Positions 15,795 through 19,695 of a stretch of 19,695 bases of DNA are shown piece after piece. A program made the position numbers and the translations under genes. A model generated the notes under the pieces. That model was not told the origin of the DNA, made no database searches, and worked only from the letters and a program-made list of their open reading frames with translations. This stretch comes from Aquificaceae bacterium. GTDB taxonomy: Bacteria > Aquificota > Aquificia > Aquificales > Aquificaceae. Within the stretch, counting starts at the first letter, position 1. Each line of letters starts with the position of its first letter. Location of the stretch: positions 1-19,695 of the forward strand of contig JAXSMZ010000028.1 of assembly GCA_037924335.1 (NCBI GenBank), given 5' to 3'.

Positions 15795-16813
15795 TACTAC
15801 TCTACCACAAGATACTCAAGAACCCTTCCTCTGACATGTGGTGGAGAACTTTCGATATGGAGCTTTGCATACTTAAAAGTTTTTTTAAGGTGGTCACCCT
15901 AGATGAAGTACTAGAATACATAAGCCTTCAGAAGAAGCCAGAAAAACAAACAGTCGCGATAACTTTTGATGATGGATATACGGATAACTACGTTTACGCT
16001 TACCCTCTCTTAAAAAAGCACAGACTTAGGGCAACCATCTTTGTGGCATCTTCTAGGGTAATCAGGAAGAGCTATAAAAGGAAGACGCTAGAAGACTATT
16101 GGAAAGGGAAGGCTTCTCTAAGGGAGCTTTACACGCCTTTGAGCATGCATAGGGCAAACCTAGAGTTCTTAACTAATGGGTACAGTGAAGACTTTCTGAC
16201 AGAAGAGGAACTAAGGAGCATGCTTGATGTCTTTGACATAGGTTGGCACTCCAAATGGCATACAAAGGATTTTTATAAAGAGGAGATTCTGGACTTCTAT
16301 GATGGTGACAACGGACACTGGTCTTTGCCCCATGCTTATGGAGAGGGTCCAAGCATAGGTTTCCCTATATTTCCCATGCGTGGCTCTTTATCTGTAAAAG
16401 CGGGGAAGCTGAGGAAAGAGATAAGGGAGTTTGTGAAGAGTAAGGAGGCCAGTTTTTTTGAAAGGAAGGACTGGAAGAAGGTTCTAAAGGTGGAGCTCTC
16501 CAATAACTTTAGCCAGCTTTTAGATTTTGAAGACTCAAAGAGCAGGATAGTGAGGATAAGGCAGGAAATAGAAGAATCAACGAAAGAGCTTAAAGAGATA
16601 ACACAGAAGGGTATCTACTATGCCGCCTATCCCTTTGGAGATTACGACCAAGTACTAAAGGATGAGGTATCTAAAAGGTTCAGCTCTGCTTTTACCACAG
16701 AGAAGAGAAGAGTAAAGCCAAGGGATGACCTTTACCTCTTGCCAAGGGTCTCTGTCCCAAAGGATATATGGTCCTTCTTTGCTATTCTGTTGAGGTTTCT
16801 AAAAAGCTCATAA
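15788..16813 (+). CDS. Polysaccharide deacetylase (CE4/NodB-like)
   Basis: VLLYH, AITFDDGY, ATIFV, IGWHSKWH, AYPFG, AFTT and LPRV. Confidence 0.88.
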   Translation: MLVLLYHKILKNPSSDMWWRTFDMELCILKSFFKVVTLDEVLEYISLQKKPEKQTVAITFDDGYTDNYVYAYPLLKKHRLRATIFVASSRVIRKSYKRKTLEDYWKGKASLRELYTPLSMHRANLEFLTNGYSEDFLTEEELRSMLDVFDIGWHSKWHTKDFYKEEILDFYDGDNGHWSLPHAYGEGPSIGFPIFPMRGSLSVKAGKLRKEIREFVKSKEASFFERKDWKKVLKVELSNNFSQLLDFEDSKSRIVRIRQEIEESTKELKEITQKGIYYAAYPFGDYDQVLKDEVSKRFSSAFTTEKRRVKPRDDLYLLPRVSVPKDIWSFFAILLRFLKSS

Positions 16814-17570
16814 ACTCCTTTAGATTGTCAAAGACAAGGTCTGGCTGGAAGCCAGCTTTTTTCAGCTCTTGCCTCCTGTACTTACCAGTTGTCATAAACA
16901 CCGTTTTAATACCGAGGCTTTTTGCTCCCATGAGGTCTGTGTATAGGTCATCGCTTACCAAGTAAGTCTCATCACCTTTAAGTCCAAGGAGAGCAAACTC
17001 TATGAAATCCTTTGATGGCTTACCAAGGTTTGGTATATCTTCATTGTAATTGCAAGCGTGAGCCAGCATGTGAGCAACGGACCCAGCTCCTGGAAAGTAG
17101 AGACCATCATCGTCTTTTACTATCCTGCTTAAGTTTATTGGAACTATCTTAGCATTGCTCAAAAAAATTGCAGAGGTTGCTATCTTTATCTTCTCAAAGT
17201 TTATGTTTCTGTCCTGACCTATCACCACCGCCTGAACTTTATGGTCCTTTCTTAGCTCAAATCCAGAATGCTTTAGGTACTCCTCTACATCCTCCGTACC
17301 AATAAAGAACAACTTTGTTAAGTTTCCTCTTATCAGATAATCTTTAAGTATACCAACAGGAGAGATAAACTCTTCCTCCGAGATGTTTATACCCTTCTCT
17401 TTTAACCTTCTCACTATAATGTCCGTAGGCTTTGTAGAGTTGTTGGAAACAACTCTGAAGGGTACATGTTTTTTTCTCAAAAAGGCCAAAAGGTCAGCCG
17501 TTTCTGGAAAGGGGTTCAGGGCTTTGTCCTTCACAAGAACACCGTCCATATCCAAAAGGAGCCTTATCAT
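16782..17570 (-). CDS. HAD-IIA family hydrolase (NagD-like)
   Basis: LLDMDGVL (motif I), VSNNS, LGKPS and SDDLYTDLMGA..G; TGKY. Confidence 0.9.
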   Translation of the reverse strand: MIRLLLDMDGVLVKDKALNPFPETADLLAFLRKKHVPFRVVSNNSTKPTDIIVRRLKEKGINISEEEFISPVGILKDYLIRGNLTKLFFIGTEDVEEYLKHSGFELRKDHKVQAVVIGQDRNINFEKIKIATSAIFLSNAKIVPINLSRIVKDDDGLYFPGAGSVAHMLAHACNYNEDIPNLGKPSKDFIEFALLGLKGDETYLVSDDLYTDLMGAKSLGIKTVFMTTGKYRRQELKKAGFQPDLVFDNLKEFMSFLETSTE

Positions 17571-17806
17571 ACTTTGAAAGGTACGCTTATCCAGAGTTCC
17601 TCAAATTCTCCCCTCTCTTTCTTTATATCAACCTCTATGCTGCTGACCTCAAACTGTGGGTACTTGGAAAAGACATTTACCAGGTCATCCCTCAATCTAT
17701 CTACAAAGTTGGGAGGCAGCCCTCTTCTCTCGTACGCAAGGACGAGAGTTAGCCTTCTTTTGGCATCGTTTTTACTTTTGTTCCTTGCAAATAGAAAGTC
17801 AAACAA
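17567..17806 (-). CDS. minE: Cell division topological specificity factor MinE
   Basis: SKNDAKRRLTLVLAYER and LRDDLVNVFSKY; TTG start with GGGAGGT RBS; lies downstream of minD. Confidence 0.93.
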   Translation of the reverse strand: MFDFLFARNKSKNDAKRRLTLVLAYERRGLPPNFVDRLRDDLVNVFSKYPQFEVSSIEVDIKKERGEFEELWISVPFKV

Positions 17807-17809
17807 GCT

Positions 17810-18598
17810 TTACCTCCCTAAAAGTTTCTCTAAAATCCCCTTCTTTTCACCATAGTATACCAACGGGACATCTTCTCCAACCATCCTCCTCGCTATGTCC
17901 ATCATGGCCTTTGACGCATCGTAGCTCTCATCAAACACTATTGGCTCTCCTCTGTTGGTGAAATCTATGAGCTTTTTCTCCTCTGGTATAACACCCAGGA
18001 GGGGTGCTCTGAGGATATCAACTATGTCTTTAACGGAGAGCATCTCTCCCTTTTTAACTGCATCCCACTTTATACGATTTATCACCAAAAAGTACTCTTC
18101 CTTGTTCATGTTTTCGAGAAGCCCAATAACCCTGTCTGCGTCCCTAACTGATGAAACTTCTGGGTTTACCACAACCAGAGCTATATCTGCTGGAGCAGCC
18201 GCTATCTGGAACCCTCTCTCTATGCCTGCCGGTGAGTCTATGATCACAAAATCGTACTCTTCTGAACTTTTTATACCTTCCAAAAGCTCCACCCACTTTT
18301 CTATGTCTATAGCATCCTTGTTTTTTGTCTGGTTTGCTGGAAGCAACCACAGGGGTAATCCCCTTTTGTCCTTTACCAGTGCTTTATTAAAATCCACTCT
18401 TTTTTCGAGAACATCGAGAACATCGTACACTATCCTGTTTTCAAGTCCCAGGATCATATCGAGGTTCCTCAGTCCTATATCCGCATCCACGCATAGGACT
18501 CTCTTTCCGAGTTTTGCCATTGCAACACCGACGTTTGCGGCTACTGTTGTTTTTCCTACTCCACCCTTTCCCGATGTAACCACGTAAACTCTTGTCAT
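17810..18598 (-). CDS. minD: Septum site-determining ATPase MinD
   Basis: TSGKGGVGKTT, DADIGLRNLD, IDSPAGIERGF, PEVSSVRDADR and C-terminal amphipathic GILEKLLGR. Confidence 0.97.
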   Translation of the reverse strand: MTRVYVVTSGKGGVGKTTVAANVGVAMAKLGKRVLCVDADIGLRNLDMILGLENRIVYDVLDVLEKRVDFNKALVKDKRGLPLWLLPANQTKNKDAIDIEKWVELLEGIKSSEEYDFVIIDSPAGIERGFQIAAAPADIALVVVNPEVSSVRDADRVIGLLENMNKEEYFLVINRIKWDAVKKGEMLSVKDIVDILRAPLLGVIPEEKKLIDFTNRGEPIVFDESYDASKAMMDIARRMVGEDVPLVYYGEKKGILEKLLGR

Positions 18599-19173
18599 CC
18601 TTTCACCCTTTCTAAAACTATAGCATCATTCTCAATTTTAGCAACCTCTGGGTAGCCAGGTGAGTTTCTCTCCTCGTCGCTCGATATGGCTACCTTTTTT
18701 CCTATCCTTATCTGCTGTGGTTCCATTTCAAGGGCTACAACTACAGCAGTCTCGTCTCCTAAGGCACCGGCTGCAGCTATCCCTCTGAGCTTACCCATCA
18801 CTATTATGTTTCCACTTGCAACAATTTGGGCATCCTTGTTCACATTTCCAAGGACAAGGATATCTCCATTGTGCTCTACCTTCTGTCCAGACCTAAGATG
18901 CTTTTGAATCACCAAAAGCCTACCGTTTCTTTTATCTGGACTCTCAAGATGAACCCTCTTCACGTTCTTTATTCTTTTGGACATAAGGAAGCTCTCTATC
19001 TGTTGTATCTCTTCATCCTCTAAGAGGTCGCCACTGTCTATGAGAAAATAGCTACCTTTAAAAAGTTTAGAAGATAGCTTCTCTTTTATCTTTTCTATAA
19101 CTTCCCCTGCACTTACCCTCTTCTTTATGCTTATAACCACCACTGGCAATGTGATCCCTCTTATCTCTATCAT
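18595..19173 (-). CDS. minC: Septum site-determining protein MinC
   Basis: LRSGQKV, LVLGNVNKDAQIVASGNIIVMGKLRGIAAAG and PQQIRIG. Start set at ATG 19173 because the longer ORF runs through the tRNA. Confidence 0.93.
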   Translation of the reverse strand: MIEIRGITLPVVVISIKKRVSAGEVIEKIKEKLSSKLFKGSYFLIDSGDLLEDEEIQQIESFLMSKRIKNVKRVHLESPDKRNGRLLVIQKHLRSGQKVEHNGDILVLGNVNKDAQIVASGNIIVMGKLRGIAAAGALGDETAVVVALEMEPQQIRIGKKVAISSDEERNSPGYPEVAKIENDAIVLERVKG

Positions 19174-19187
19174 CTCCTTTACCTTTT

Positions 19188-19263
19188 TGGCTCCGGGGGA
19201 GGGACTCGAACCCCCAACCAGGTGGTTAACAGCCACCCGCTCTGCCTGTTGAGCTACCCCGGA
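19188..19263 (-). tRNA. tRNA-Asn (GTT)
   Basis: TCCGGGGTAGCTCAACAGGCAGAGCGGGTGGCTGTTAACCACCTGGTTGGGGGTTCGAGTCCCTCCCCCGGAGCCA: 76 nt, acceptor stem TCCGGGG/CCCCGGA, anticodon loop CTGTTAA, GTTCGA T-loop and encoded CCA. Confidence 0.98.
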
Positions 19264-19269
19264 TACTCC

Positions 19270-19400
19270 CATTAAATTATATTATAGTTCCTCATCCCAT
19301 AGAAAAATATTCCACAGGACGAGGTTTCGCAGGCAAGGAGACTATAGACTCCCTTGTGAACCGCATAAGAACATTCCTCGCACCTACAATGTCTGCATCT
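19270..19400 (-). ncRNA. Putative TnpB omega/reRNA 3' scaffold plus flank-derived guide
   Basis: Hairpins at 19334-19356 and 19290-19324 (the latter has 4 G-U pairs on the tnpB-sense strand). TnpB guide RNAs are known to overlap the gene 3' end and extend into the flank. Limits are approximate. Confidence 0.5.
19276..19286 (-). promoter_or_regulatory. Overlapping TATAAT -10 boxes upstream of tRNA-Asn
   Basis: The minus strand reads TATAATATAAT, ending 12 nt before the tRNA 5' end. Confidence 0.55.
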
Positions 19401-19695
19401 CCTTCATACCCACACCGTAGGCACTTGAAATGCTCCCCTTTGCGGTTCATCCTGTCCTGATATCCACACTCAGGACAAGTCCTGCTTGTGTAAGCAGAAG
19501 GAACTATGTAATGCTGGACGCCAGCGGTCTCACATAGCTCCTTTATCCTCTTTATAACATACCCATACAACCAGTGGTTAAACCTCCTGTTTACTACCCT
19601 ACTCCAGACTTTTCTCTTTCCCTTCTTCAAATTCTTTAATCCTTCAAGCACTGGAGAAAAACTGCCATCTATCACCTTCTTGAGTATCCTGTTTA
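19287..19695 (-). mobile_element. Right part of a tnpB-encoding insertion sequence (or its domesticated remnant)
   Basis: tnpB 3' half plus a terminal 15-bp hairpin, followed by an abrupt switch to AT-rich promoter DNA at 19286. The boundary is inferred and no transposase is visible in the window. Confidence 0.6.
19292..19695 (-). CDS. tnpB: RNA-guided endonuclease TnpB family protein (IS200/IS605/IS607-associated), C-terminal part
   Basis: The frame is open to the window edge (..NRILKKVIDGSFSPVLEGL..). It shows RuvC-II Glu (VLEGL), AYTSRTCPECG...FKCLRCG zinc ribbon and RuvC-III DADIVGARNV. Confidence 0.92.
   Translation of the reverse strand, partial: NRILKKVIDGSFSPVLEGLKNLKKGKRKVWSRVVNRRFNHWLYGYVIKRIKELCETAGVQHYIVPSAYTSRTCPECGYQDRMNRKGEHFKCLRCGYEGDADIVGARNVLMRFTRESIVSLPAKPRPVEYFSMG

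Noticed and set aside
16782..16813. 32-bp convergent overlap of the deacetylase and HAD genes
   Set aside because: Short tail-to-tail overlaps are ordinary in compact genomes, and nothing suggests a special function.
17955..18587. 210-aa plus-strand ORF
   Set aside because: It is the antisense frame of minD with a Ser/Thr/Phe-rich shadow composition.
19174..19272. N-terminal extension of MinC (MGVSGVAQQAERVAVNH...)
   Set aside because: It is simply translation through the tRNA-Asn gene.
19292..19695. Cas12f/type V CRISPR effector interpretation of the RuvC/zinc-ribbon ORF
   Set aside because: No CRISPR repeats or cas genes are present in the window, and the terminal hairpin fits an IS-type TnpB better.

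Overview
The window looks like a chromosomal segment of a thermophilic Aquificaceae-like bacterium (inferred from gene content, protein style and gene order). Positions 1-6335 hold a nitrogen-assimilation locus. A minus-strand, translationally coupled operon encodes a single-domain globin, two divergent NifI-like P-II proteins, cyanase, a NarK/NasA-type MFS transporter and an assimilatory nitrate reductase that runs off the window edge. It is transcribed divergently from a ~948-aa nitrite reductase that fuses an NAD(P)H/FAD module, one BFD [2Fe-2S] domain and a complete NirA-type siroheme body. The 241-bp spacer carries two back-to-back sigma54 (-24/-12) promoters around a perfect palindrome containing TGT-N10-ACA. 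The rest is mostly housekeeping: rplT-pheS-MFS, a ~350-bp unexplained gap, archaemetzincin-argH divergent from kup, two SurA/parvulin-like foldases with a GT4 and a polysaccharide deacetylase, and tRNA-Asn-minC-minD-minE-HAD. At the right edge is the 3' part of a tnpB gene whose structured end abuts the -10 box of the tRNA-Asn/minCDE unit.
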